Shown here one piece after another: positions 1-12,500 of a stretch of 64,000 bases of DNA. The stretch spans positions 15,810,001 through 15,874,000 of the forward strand of contig JBHGNT010000004.1 in the NCBI GenBank assembly GCA_043228905.1, given 5' to 3'. The notes beneath the pieces are model-generated. The model was given only the letters and a program-made list of their open reading frames with translations. It did not search any database and was not told the origin of the DNA. Made by a program: the position numbers and the translations under genes. Numbering within the stretch: the stretch's first letter is position 1; each line of letters begins with the position of its first letter. Source of the DNA: Azolla caroliniana (Eukaryota > Plantae > Polypodiophyta).

Positions 1-3000
1 GGCTCCAACTACTCAGTGTGGAAGTTGAAGATGCGGGACATGCTCGTGGTTAAAGATCTTTGGTTGCTGGTTCAGTTCGGGGACAAGAGACCGGACAAGA
101 TCGACGCCACGATATGGGAGGTGATGCACATGAAGACAACAGTGTACATACGGTGCTTCATCGACAGGAGCCTGTACAAAAAATACAATGAGGAGAGTAA
201 GGCTCATGAGCTCTGGGAGAAGATTGCATTATGTTCCAGAACAAGAATGTCGTTAATCAGGTTTCGGTACTCCGAAGCTATTGCGGCTCCGGTACCAAGA
301 TGGCTCCACATGGCAGAGCACATGAATGCCTTCCAGGGGCTGATTCACCAGGCAACATTGTTGGAAGTACCTCTCGCCGACGAGGTACTAGCACTGCTCC
401 TACTCGGTTCCCTCCCAGATAGCTGGGAGACGTTAGTTGTCACTTTGGGCAACGCCGGGCCAGAAGGAAAACGATTATCCCTAGCAAGAGTCAAGTCGAG
501 CTTGCTAGATGAGAAGGCGCGTCGGAAAGACAAGGATACGAACTCCGACTCCAAAGCGCTCCTTACTGAATCGAAACGCGGAAGATAGAGGAACCGGAGT
601 CCCCAGAACCGGGAAAAGTCGGGGACACGGTCAAAGTCAAGGGGAAGGCCCACTTGCTTCTACTGTGGAAAGTCGGGGCACTTCCAGAAGAACTGTTGGC
701 ATTTCCAGAAAGAGATGGAAACTGATAGTACCGATTCGAAGCGGTCATCGGACCAGAATGGTAAAGATCGGAGGGGACCGGACCGGAAGGGAACGATGAA
801 AATCGTGGCAAGTGAAGAGGAGTCGATGCTCATCACCGAGGAGAGTGAGTTGAACCTTGCCGGCGACGAGACAACGTGGGTTGTCGATTCTGGAGCGTTG
901 TTCCACCTAACCCCGGACCAGAAATGCTTCTCATCCTACATAGCCAGTGAGCACGACTATGCCCGGATGAGGAATGAAGGTACATGCCGAATTGTCAGGA
1001 TAGGAGACGTGTGGTTGACAACACCAACCGGATGCAAGTTGCTGCTGAAGGATGTCCGACACGTTCCGGAGGTTCGACTAAACCTGATATTAGTCGGTCG
1101 GCTAGATGATGAAGGCTACACAGGTAGCATCTGGAACGGTGTTATGAAGTTCAGCAAAGGGAGCCTAATAGTGGCTCGGGTCCGGAAAGTCAACACATTG
1201 TACCTGATGAATGCCTAGTTATGCCCGGAAGAAGTGAACGTTGCTTCTGACATTACCGGTGAGCTATGGCACAAGAGACTGTGTCACATGAGCGAGAAGG
1301 GGATGAAGAGGCTTGTCGATGACAACCTCATTCCGATGAAAGACGTGCATCTTGAGAAGTGCACCGACTGCGTGGCTGGTAAGCAAAACTGGACCTCCTT
1401 CTAATCAAGGCCACCGATGAGACGTAATGCACCATTGGAGTCTGTGCATACCGATGTGTGTCAAGTGGACACGAAGTCACATGCCGGATCGTAGTACTTC
1501 GTGATGTTCATAGACGACCATAGCCGAAAGTTGTGGGCTACACCGCTGAAGACGAAGAATCAAGTGTTATCCTTCTTCAAGGAGCTCCACGCAAGAGTGG
1601 AAAGAGAAACCAGACGGAAGCTGAAGGCGGTTCAAGCAGATAACGGAGGAGAATACCAGGGGCAATTCGAGGAGTACTGCCGCTCGAAGGGAATCCGGCT
1701 CGAATTTACCGTGCCGAAGACGCCGGAACTAAACGGGCTGGCCAAGAGGATGAACCAAACCATAATGGAGAGGCTCTGGAGTATGCTAGCACTAAGTTAC
1801 CCAAGACGTTTTGGGCTGAGGTGCTGTCGACAACGACGTATGTGATAAACAAATCACCCTCAATGCCCTTGGACGGAGACATGCCGCAGAGAGTGTGGAC
1901 AGGTAAGGAAGTGTCTTACTGGTATCTAAAGGTGTTCGGGTGTCTCACGTACGTGCATGTTGCTAAGGACCGGAGAGGAAAGTTGGATCCAAAGACCCGG
2001 CCTTGCATATTCCTCGGATACAACGATGATGAGTTCGGCTACCGAGTGTGGGATTCGGTCGACAAGAAGGTTTTCCGAAGTCGAGATATTATCTTCATGG
2101 AGGACAAGACTCTTGCCGACTGGGAGTCGGAGAAGAAGATAATGAACTCCGAGTCGACCGGTAAGGATTAGCTCGATGAGATTCGAACCTACCCGGCTAA
2201 GAGGCGGTTGACACTCGAAGTACTAGCTGGTTACGGTGAGGATACCGAACCAACCGAACAAGAAGAAGAAGAAGAAGAAGCAGAAACTGGAACCGGCCAA
2301 GACCCTGAATCGGATTTGGATGACGAACAGACACAGGAACCAGTTACCGAAAACCGAGAACGAAGATATCCTCTCCGGGAAAGAAGAGCCCCCCAAAGAT
2401 TTCCGGATGCAGAGCATGTGTTGTTGATCGATGAGGGGGAGCCGGAAAGGTTCGAAGAAGCAAAGGATGACAACCATAGCCGCAAGTGGTTGAGTGCCAT
2501 GCACGACGAGATGGATTCCCTGCATGAGAACCACACGTATGAATTGGTGGAGTTGTTGAAAGGAAAGAGGGCACTCCGAAACAAGTGGGTGTACAAGCTG
2601 AAACCAGGAGATGCTGGCAACTCCCCAAGATACAAAGCCAGGATCATGGTGAAGGGGTTCCAGTAGAAGAAGGGCGTGGACTTCAACGAGATATTTGCTC
2701 CGGTAGTAAAATGACTTCCATCCGGACGGTGCTGAGCATAGCGGCAAGCATGGACCTTGAGGTAGAGCAGTTAGACGTGAAGACGGCGTTCCTCCACAAC
2801 GACCTCGAAGAGGAGATCTACATGCAGCAACCAGAGGGATTTGTGAAGAAAGGGAAGGAGCACCTGGTTTGCAGGTTGAAGCAAAGCCTCTACGGTTTGA
2901 AGCAGGCTCCCCGGCAATGGTACCGGAAGTTCGACTCCTTCATGACGGATCAGGGATACCACAAGACGTAGGCCGACCACTACGTGTTTGTGAAGAAGTT

Positions 3001-4560
3001 TGAAGGTGGAGACTTCCTGATACTCCTCTTGTACGTGGACGACATGTTGATCGTCGGACAAGACCAAGTCAAGATATAGATGTTGAAGAAGGCTCTGAAC
3101 CAGACCTACTCAATGAAAGACTTGGGTCCGGCAAGATAGATACTAGGGATGCATATCATCCGGGACCGGTCAAAGAAGCAATTGTGGCTGTCACAGGAGA
3201 AGTACGTGACAAAGGTGCTTCAGCGGTTCAACATGTCAGATGCCAAACCGGTCGGATCGACACTCCCGACAAACTGCAGGTTATCCGGTAAGCAAAGACC
3301 AAAGACGAAGGTAGATAAGGTGGATATGATGAAGATACCATATGCCTCTGTCGTCGGGAGCTTAACGTACACAATGGTGTGTACCCGACCGGATATTGGA
3401 TACACAGTGGAAGTGGTGAACCGGTTTATGAGCAATTCCGGCAAGGAGCACTGGAATGCGGTAAAATGGATACTCCGGTACTTGAAAGGCACCTCAAGTA
3501 TGTGTTTCCGATTCGGCTCTGGTAAACCCCAACTTGATGGTTTCACCGATTCAGATATGTCGGCTGATGCGGATACCAACCGGTCAACATCCGGATATGT
3601 CATGACATATGGAGGGGGAGCTATTTCGTGGCAGTCGAGGCTGCAGAAGACGGTTGCGTTGTCAACCACGGAAGCGGAGTATATGGCGGTTGTGGAAGCC
3701 GGCAAGGAATTACTATGGATGAAGGACTTCATCGAAGAGCTAGGGATCCGGCAAGAGGAATACTGGCTCTATTGCGACAGTGAGAGTGCCATCCACCTTG
3801 CGAAGAATGCAGGGTATCATTCTAGGACAAAGCACATCCAGCGGAGATACCACTGGATCTAGGAGCAAGTGGAAGATCGAGAGTTCGTACTAACGAAGAT
3901 CCACACGGCGGAGAACGGGTCAGATATGCTGACCAAAGTGCTGACACCCGACAAGCTAGATGCATGCAGGAAGAGGATCGGATTGACGAGGCATCCCATG
4001 CCGGAATGAAGGGGGAGTTTGTTAGCATTTTCGGTCCCTCCGGATGGGATGATGCAGGCCCGGTGAGAACCTCTCACCGGATGAAGAGACATATATGGAA
4101 ATATGTTTCTGAGAGCCCATTGGGGCTACATCTGTAAATAGCCCGAAAGTCATATTAGTATAAATATGACCTAGGTCAAACAGAGTGTATAGAGTTGGTC
4201 ATTATTTTTGTATAGAGTTATTGGTGTAACTGTTGTACAATGCGTAACAATGCGAGAGAGAGAGATACAAAGTGATTCTCTGTTGTAACCGCCGCTAGGC
4301 GAAGAGTGTGAGCGCGAGGTTGTTGCCTTTGTGCCTCCTGTTGTATTCTTTGATATAGTGATAGTTCGGAGTTTGTGGGCTCCCGTGATTTTTCCCCCTC
4401 TCAGGGTTTTCCATGTTAACATCTCGTGTACTCTCTTGTTTGCAATGTTTTGTGTATACATACATCTATCTCCACATTCCCATTTCTGTGTTTGTAACTC
4501 TCAACGAAGTGATTGACAACTCGGTTGTGGCCGAGCATTATTCCGCATATTCTCCACACA
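1..4560 (+). mobile_element. Degenerate Ty1/copia LTR retrotransposon (Tnt1/Tork-like), 5' end outside window
   Basis: Broken ORFs in copia order: Gag (16-588), CCHC knuckle, protease WVVDSGA, integrase (ADNGGEY), RT (VKTAFL, YVDD), RNase H (STTEAEY, HSRTKHI). Many stops and frameshifts. PPT GAAGGGGGAG at about 4008-4017. Close paralogue of the element at 9560-14893. Confidence 0.95.
4020..4560 (+). repeat. 3' LTR of the degenerate copia
   Basis: Starts TGTTAG just after the PPT. Shares TCGGTTGTGGCCGAG and the TATAAATATGAC box with the LTRs at 8462, 9560 and 24310. Ends ...CACA (end approximate by 2 nt). Confidence 0.85.
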
Positions 4561-6650
4561 TCATACCTTTGATCTTCTTGCTAGTGTCCTCCCTCATGTT
4601 AGAAGACATGATCACTTTCTGTGGTACACCTTTCAAATCCTCTTGGCTTGCTTGGTCGTCATTGTACATTCTCACATTTCTTTGGCCTCTTTGTTGTGCA
4701 CATCTGCTTTCATCGTTGTGCTTCGTTTGGACTCTTCATCGCACACACCGACTTCATTCTTCACTTCCTCGCAGCCACCTTCCATCTCTTCGGTCTCATG
4801 TTGGCTCTCAAACGCAATTGCCGAAGTCTCTTGAATAAGTGTGGAGGAATCCTCTCCATGGTCCTTGCTTGTTCTTGCCATCTTCGGGCCAATGTCATTG
4901 TTTGTGGCTATGTTCCCATCCTGTGCATCAGCTCTGACCTTCGCTTCCTCGCTGCCACCTTCCGTCTCTTGGGTCTCACGTTGATTCTCGGATGCAACTT
5001 CCCAATTCTCTAGAACAAGTGTGGAGGATTCCATACACCTTTGGTCGATCACCTTTGCCATGTTGTCCATAGCCACCTCCTTGGTGTCGTTTTTCGTGGC
5101 TACCTTCTTAATCATGTGGGCCTCACACTCTTTATCTCCCTTGATCATGCAAGCTTTTCTCATGCTTGCACCTTCATCACTCGAGGTTTCAGACACGATG
5201 CATGTTCCGAAACAATTGTCCTCACTTGAAGTGGCGTTCGTCGTCCTCGATCCATTGGTTTCATTCTTCGTCGTTGTTTCTTTGCAAGACGAGAAGGTGT
5301 CTTGTTCCACACCTTCTCTTGTGGTACTATCATGATACTGAACTTGGGCCTTCATCTTGGCCACTTCATTAACCCGCATTTGTCGGGAGGTCTCTTCTTC
5401 CTCGATCACCATCTGCTTCAAATTTTGCTCCTTTTGAAGCTTCTCTTCAACATCACCTTGCACGTTTAAGTTCTCGAATGCTTCTCTGATTAAGGCTTCT
5501 ATGTTGAGTCTCGAATCTTCCCTCTTTGAGCTTTCTTCCTTCGGTGGTGGTGTATTGCCACATCCCATTCTCCTTTGAACATCCCTCATGGGTCGTGTTG
5601 TTGTTGACGAGAATCCTATCCTCCTCTTGTCATGTCGTTGGCATACCCTTTTCACTTCAGCCCAATTCTCAGTGAGGCCGTTCACACCATCTTCATCCTC
5701 GAGTTGGACTCCAATGGCCGTCCTTTTCTTCCGATCAATCGACTTGACGAACATTAAGACTTTATTCGCCCCCACCAATCCTTGTTCCCACTCCGAGAGT
5801 TGAGCGAACCGACACTCAAACTCAATGAATGCATGCATAACACTCTGATGGGTCTTCCTCGATGACACCCATTGGTCAAACTTGTATAGACCTCGTCCCT
5901 TCGGCTCTTCATCATCATATGCCTCTCGTAAAGCTTCTTCGAAGGAAACCCATGAATCGTGAGCTTTTTGAAGCTCTTTCATATCTTTGTAGATTGGTTC
6001 GGCCACCACTCGACAAAAGTACTCTAGCCTCATAGCTTCGTCTACACCTCTTGAATCCATCTCCACATTGTAGACTTTTAGAAAACTTTGGACTTCGGCA
6101 CCGTTGAAATAGCTCACTTGCTCAACTACCCTCTCGACGGCTTGTTGGGCTTCATTTTGTCTTTTCCCTTCTCTCAGAAACTCCATCATCCTTTTTGACA
6201 TTGCCTCCATGAGATATTCGTCATCCATCTTCGTCCTCCCTTGCTGCTCTTCACGCCGGGTTCACCAAATGATGTCACGAAGATTCGCGCGTGTGTGTGC
6301 TACTCGAGCGACCACCGGGGTCTTGGACTAGGGAGGACGTTCACGGAATTTTCGAAGAGATGACGATCAATGTAAGATTGGATGAAATTTGTTCACTTGA
6401 GAAGTAGAATAATATGAAGAAGATAAAGACGAATATAATTATATTGATGATAGTGGTGTTGGTGATATCACATATTGAGCCCCCCCTTACACAAGCCTTA
6501 CTAGAGGCTTTTATAGGTCTCTCCATGCTTGTGACATGCACAAAACCATGGGCTAAAACCATGGTTTTGTGCACACGGTTTTTCTTATGACATGCACAAA
6601 ACCATGGGCTAAGAATCATGGTTTTGTGTACACGGTTTTGATTGTTTGCT
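4561..6650 (-). mobile_element. Fragment of a tRNA-Trp-primed Ty3/gypsy-related element (partial 5' LTR from 6273, primer-binding site (PBS), gag-like ORF)
   Basis: TTCACGCCGGGTTCACCA at 6250-6267 matches the plant tRNA-Trp 3' end with 1 mismatch. LTR terminus TGTCACGAAG at 6273 resembles the termini at 21014 and 27106. Confidence 0.8.
4672..6228 (-). CDS. Gag-like protein (518 aa) with Glu/Lys-rich repetitive tail
   Basis: Open ORF starting just downstream of the Trp PBS. N-terminal half aligns by eye with the Gag at 20167-20970 and 41100-41700 (FxGxxxxxxLxxYxxEM; WxxFExxL; VLxFVKSxD...LxxxxGLTxxW). Confidence 0.8.
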   Translation of the reverse strand: MDDEYLMEAMSKRMMEFLREGKRQNEAQQAVERVVEQVSYFNGAEVQSFLKVYNVEMDSRGVDEAMRLEYFCRVVAEPIYKDMKELQKAHDSWVSFEEALREAYDDEEPKGRGLYKFDQWVSSRKTHQSVMHAFIEFECRFAQLSEWEQGLVGANKVLMFVKSIDRKKRTAIGVQLEDEDGVNGLTENWAEVKRVCQRHDKRRIGFSSTTTRPMRDVQRRMGCGNTPPPKEESSKREDSRLNIEALIREAFENLNVQGDVEEKLQKEQNLKQMVIEEEETSRQMRVNEVAKMKAQVQYHDSTTREGVEQDTFSSCKETTTKNETNGSRTTNATSSEDNCFGTCIVSETSSDEGASMRKACMIKGDKECEAHMIKKVATKNDTKEVAMDNMAKVIDQRCMESSTLVLENWEVASENQRETQETEGGSEEAKVRADAQDGNIATNNDIGPKMARTSKDHGEDSSTLIQETSAIAFESQHETEEMEGGCEEVKNEVGVCDEESKRSTTMKADVHNKEAKEM

Positions 6651-6652
6651 AC

Positions 6653-7953
6653 CTATGCATGTAGTAGTAGCTTAGAGGTGGTTACGGAGTTGGAGTCCAT
6701 CATAGAGTTCGCTCTATGCCTCATTACGAACATTCCGCCACAGTCGTTGTAGTCGGAATTTGGGGCGTAATTTGTAAACATTTCACTATGATCGTCATAG
6801 TCGGAATTCGACGCGTGATTCGTGAACATTCCGCTACGGTTGTTGTGGTCGGAGTTCGATGCGAAGTTTGTGAGGTGTCGACTTGTTGAAGCCGACTCAC
6901 TTCTCTTTTTCCGACACTCTGCCTCGTAGTGGCCGATTTTGCCGCAATAATTGCAAGTTGCAGGCCTCGTTACCGACCATGTTCGGTGTGGAAGCTCCCC
7001 TTCTTCCGAAGGTTCCTCAATGGCTTCCGTGAAGGTTTGAGTTCCCTTCACGTGATGGGTCGAATTGACCTCTTCTACCGCCGTGACCTCCTCCTCAGCC
7101 ACCGTCCAAATTCGAGAAGAACATTTTTCCTTCCAACGTCTCGCTTTTGGTTCGGACGTTGTTCTCTTCGACCAATAGCATTGATTAGAGGTCGAATAAT
7201 GAAGGAGGGTTTTCTCTCGCCAAGATTGCCGTCCGTAATGGATCGAATCGTTGTGCGAGGCCGCCCAAGCATACTTGAACCATCTCGTCTTCGTCGACGT
7301 TTATTTTGATGGAGCCAAGCAAGTCGCAAATGCTCTTGATCTTGGCGGTATAGTCCGACATGGACATGTCTTTTTGCAGAATGTTGTTCAACTCTTGTCG
7401 AAGTTGAAGCTTTTGGGCGGTCGTGTTGGAGGCGAACATTTTCTTTAAGTTCGCCCACATTTCTTTAGGCGTCTTGGCGTCTCGAATGTGGCTAAGCATG
7501 TGGTCGTGCACACATGTTGCCAAGCAATACATGACTTGACTCGCTGCTTGCTCCCATTTTGCGTAGTCGGCGTTCTTTGAGTCGGGTCGATTTTCTTGAG
7601 CGCCATTGATGTAGCTCCAATACCCTTGACCGACGAGGTATTGGGTCATCTTCTACTCCCAAGATGAATAATTGCTCCCGTCTAGCTTTTCACTAGGGAG
7701 CATACTACCCATTTGTGTGTTCATGTTGATTGTGTCTTCTCTTCTTTTGCTTTTCTTCTTTCGATCACGTACACGTGCTACGTAGCGGCACTACGGTAGC
7801 CAATAGCCGGATTTTGTTGTCGATGTCTCGAACACACAATCACGGAGTCGGGTGGGCTTAGTGTATTTTCTAAACCACACGCTCTGATACCATGTTAAGA
7901 ATTAGGTAAGTAATTAAGGGTTAATTAGTACCTAATTATGTGATTACGTGATA

Positions 7954-8040
<87 letters not shown>

Positions 8041-8360
8041 CACTTATGAACAATACAAGATGGGGGATGAGTAACTATATATTAAATTAGCATCAACATC
8101 ATCAAATACAAAAATACCTACAATGAGGTATATATAGATTTCATGTGCAAGGGTGCACTTGTGTGAGGATAATATAGGTACAAAAGTGTAAGTCCTATAT
8201 TAAATGTACTTAGGAGTGGAGGATCTAGAATATCCTACTTAAGTACAAGGTCTTATTTAAGTCGTTATAGTCAACACTTCTAACTAGATTCTATCTAGGT
8301 AACTACGAAGTTACATGGTTGACTAACTAACTAAACTAAGTTGAGCTTGATCTCTCAACA
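6653..8360 (-). mobile_element. 5' part of a Ty1/copia element (5' LTR 7893-8360, Met PBS, degenerate gag)
   Basis: PBS TGGTATCAGAGC at 7881-7892. LTR bounded by TG...CA. Gag KLDGSNYSSW..MTQYLVGQGYW and CNYCGKIGHYEAEC knuckle. Truncated before the protease. Confidence 0.88.
7957..8038. repeat. (GA)n microsatellite inside copia LTR
   Basis: About 41 uninterrupted GA units. Confidence 0.98.
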
Positions 8361-8461
8361 TATGGTAATTCGACCTTGCAAAGACCGTTTACATGTTCTT
8401 GTGGTTCTCAATCACCACATCAAGCACTTAATGTTTATCTTCATAGTTTGGTTCATCCACA

Positions 8462-9230
8462 TGACACGAACCACACGTCCCCTATACGCAACGCTCGGCC
8501 ACAACAGAGCTTAGAATCATGCACAGAAAACGGGAAATGAAATTACGACACGAAGAAGAGAAGAGTACACAGGATGTTTATGTGGAAAACCCAAACTAAG
8601 GGAAAAACCACGGCAGCCCACAGGCTGCAAACTATCACTATGTTAGAATGTACAACAGTGAGTTCACAGAGGCAACGACCTCGTGCTCACGATCTTCGCC
8701 ACAGGCGGCGGTTACAACAGAGGCAACGACCTCTTTCTCTCTCTCTCTCTCTGTACACTGTTACACGCTCTCTCTCTCCTTACACCAACAACAATGACAA
8801 CAACAACCGAAAAGTTTGCCCTAAGTCATATTTATACTAATATGACATTTCGGCTATTTACAAATATAGCCACGATGGACTCTCAGAAAACATATTTACG
8901 AATATGTCTCTTCATCCGGTTCTCACCGGGTCTGCACCATTCGGCTCTCTATGTCGGGTTCTCCTCATCCGGTTCTCACCGGGTCTGCACCATCCGGCTC
9001 TCCGTAGTCGGGTTCTCCTCATCCGGTTCTCACCGGATCTGCGCCATCCGGCTCTCCGTAGCTGGGTTCTCCTCATCCGGTTCTCACCGGGTTTGCGCCA
9101 TCCGGTTCTCCTCCTCCGGTTCTCAACGGGTCTGCGCCATCCGGCTCTCCGTAGCCGGGTACTCGTCATCCGGTTTGCTCATCAACAGTGTTCTTCTCCC
9201 TTCCCATCCGGAGGGACCTGTCTCCCAACA
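8462..9230 (-). mobile_element. Solo LTR, Tork-like copia family
   Basis: TG...CA termini with 5-bp TSD CCACA (8457-8461 / 9231-9235). Homologous to the LTRs at 9560 and 24310. About 54-bp tandem repeats at 8912-9175. Confidence 0.92.
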
Positions 9231-9559
9231 CCACAATAGAGAAATTCAGGTGACAAGCATACACGAGCATAACTCAGGTGACAAGGAAACTTGCAAGAAC
9301 TCAAGGTGGGGATATTAATAACTACACATATAGATGGCCATAACCTAGAGCACCAATTTTAGATTGGTAAAGTTTTGGACGTTGTCACGTTGCTACGCGC
9401 GTGCGTGGAGAACAAGGTGGGACCACTGGGGTCTTGGACCGACGAATAGGTGAGAAAAGAGGGAGAAAGAGAGAGACGCTCACACACGTATAGACAAAGA
9501 AGCGCACGGGGACGTGGCCCAATCAACACAGGAGACACGAGTTGATAACACTAGCGTAT

Positions 9560-12500
9560 TGTTGGGAATCAACGCTTGGATTCACCTTCACCACTCGGCC
9601 ACAACCGATTAATCGCGGATCAATGTAGCAGAAAATAGGAAATACAGAGAAAGACGCGATACACAGGGATTAACGTGGAAAACCCTATACGGGAAAAACC
9701 ACGGGAGTGCGAGACTCCGAACCAAACTATGCACAGAGAAATATACAATGACGAGCTGCAAGGCAACGACCTTGAGCTCGCTGTCCTCGCCACAGGCGGC
9801 GGAAATACACAGAGGCGTCTACCTCTTCCTCTCTCGCGCTCTATCTCTCTCTCTCTCTCTCACGGCTGCTCCCTCTTCACTCCTCTTGAGTGGAAAAACA
9901 GAAAAATAATGAGCAACAGAAAAACTGTTTGCCCTAAGTCATATTTATACTTATATGACTTTGGGCTATTTACAACTATAGCCTCAGGGGGCTCGTAGCG
10001 AACATATTCACGGATATGTCCCTGCATCCGGATCGCTCTTCGGGTACATTCGTCATCCGGCACCGAAGCCGGGGTCTTCGTCATCCGGATCCGAAACCGA
10101 AACCGGGCTTGTCGGCATTCATCTCCGATATCCGACCATCCCATCCGAAAGGGACCGTAATCCCAACAAACTCCCCCTTCACTTCGGCATGGGATGTCTC
10201 TCCAATCCGACCCTCTTCCGGCATGCTTCCAGCTTGTCGGGTGTGAGGACCTTGGTCAGCATATCCGACCCGTTCTCGTCCGTGTGGATCTTCGTCAGCA
10301 CGAACTCCTTGTCCTCTATCCTTTCCCGGATCCAGTGGTATCTACGCTGGATGTGTTTCGTCCGGGAATGGTAGGCCGCGTTCTTCGCAAGGTGGATGGC
10401 ACTCTGACTATCGCAGTAGAGTCGGTACTCCTCTTGCCGGATACCGAGCTCTCTAATGAAGTCCTTCATCCATATTATTTCCTTGCCGGCTTCAACAGCC
10501 GCCATGTACTTCGCCTCCGTGGTTGACAACGCAACCGTCTTCTGCAGCCTCGACTGCCACGAAACAGCTCCCCCTGCATACGTCATCACATACCCTGATG
10601 TGGACCGGCTGGTATCTGCATCAGCCGACATATCAGAATCAGTAAAGCCTTCGAGTTCGGGCTTACCGGAGCCGAATCGGAGGCACACGTTTGCCGTGCC
10701 CTTCAGGTATCGGAGTATCCACTTGGCCGCGTTCCAATGCTCTTTGCCGGGATTGCTCATGTACCGGCTCACCACTCCGACTGCATATCCGATGTCCGGT
10801 CTCGTACACACCATGGCGTACATCAAGCTCCCGACAGCTGAGGCATACGGCACTTTCATCATATCCTCCTTTTCAGCCTTTGTCTTGGGACTTTGCTTGC
10901 TGGACAACTTGCAGTTTGCCGGTAGGGTTGATCCGACCGGTCTTGCTTCCGACATGTTGAACCGTTGAAGCACCTTTGTCACGTACTTCTCTTGTGACAG
11001 CCACAACTGCTTCTTGCTCCGGTCCCGGATGATGTGCATCCCTAGTATTTGCCTCGCCGGACCCAGGTCCTTCATTGAGAAGGTTCGGTGAAGAGCCTTC
11101 TTCAGCATCCGTATCTTGACCTGGTCCCGTCCGACGATCAACATGTCGTCCACGTACAGGAGGAGTATTAGGGAGTCTCCTCCTTCGAACTTCTTCACAA
11201 ACACGCAGTGGTCGGACTGCGTTTTGAGGTACCCTTCGTCGGTCATGAAGGAGTCGAACTTCCGGTACCATTGCCGGGGAGCCTGCTTCAGTCCGTAAAG
11301 GCTCTTCTTCAACCGGCATACCAGGTGCTCCTTCCCTTTCTTCTCGAATCCTTCCGGTTGCTGCATGTAGATCTCTTCTTCGAGGTCACCGTGAAGGAAT
11401 GCCGTCTTCACGTCCATCTGTTCTACCTCGAGGTCCATGCTTGCCGCTATGCTCAGCACCGTCCGGATGGAGGTCATCTTCACTACCGGGGCAAGTATCT
11501 CGTCGAAGTCGACGCCCTTCTTCTGCTGAAACCCCTTCACCACGATCCTGGCTTTGTATCTCGGGGGGTTTCCGGCATCTCCCGGTTTCAGCTTGAACAC
11601 CCACTTGTTTCGCAGTGCCCGCTTTCCTTTCGGCAACTCCACAAGTTCATATGTGTGGTTCTCATGCAGGGAATCCATCTCGTCCTGCATGGCACTCAAC
11701 CACCTGCGGCTCTGGGTGTCATGCTTTGCTTCTTCAAAGCTCTCCGGCTCCCCCTCGTCGGTTAGCAACACGTGCTCTGGTTCCGGAAATCTCCGGGGGG
11801 CCCTTCTCTCTCTTAGAGGGTATCTCCGTTCCGGAGCTTCGGTAACCGGTTCTTCCGATTCTTCTTCTTCATCCGAATCCATTTCGGGATCGGGGCCGGT
11901 TCCGGTATCATTTTCATCTTCTTCGGCCGGTTCTGTTTCTTCACCGTCTTCGGCCGGATCCTCGAGTGCTAACCGGTCCCTTGCCGGTCGGGACTGCTCC
12001 TCGTAGAGTTGATCCTCACCGATCGACTTGGAGCTCTTCATCTTCTTCTCCGACTCCCAGTCGGCGAGCGTCTTGTTCTCCATGAAGATGATATCACGAC
12101 TCCGGAATATCTTCTTGTCGACCGGGTCCCATACTCGGTAGCCGAACTCGTCGTCGCCGTAACCGAGGAATATGCATGGCCGGGTCTTAGGATCTAGCTT
12201 TCCTCTCCGGTCCTTTGCCACATGCACGTATGCGAGACACCCGAACACCTTCAGATGCCGGTAGGACACTTCCTTACCGGTCCACACTCTCTGCGGCGTG
12301 TCTCCGTCCAAAGGAACTGAGGGTGATCTGTTTATCACATATGTCGCCGTCGACATTGCCTCAGCCCAAAACCCCTTGGGTAATTTCGCATGCGCCAGCA
12401 TACTCCGGACCCGCTCCATTATGGTCCGGTTCATCCTCTCGGCCAGCCCGTTCAGTTCCGGCGTCTTCGGCACAGTAAACTCGAGTCGGATTCCCTTCGA

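Noticed and set aside
9675-10144. ORFs in LTRs (also 14400-14965, 8574-9318, 24440-24985, 40100-40444)
   Set aside because: They fall in non-coding LTR or tandem-repeat sequence and have no protein motifs.
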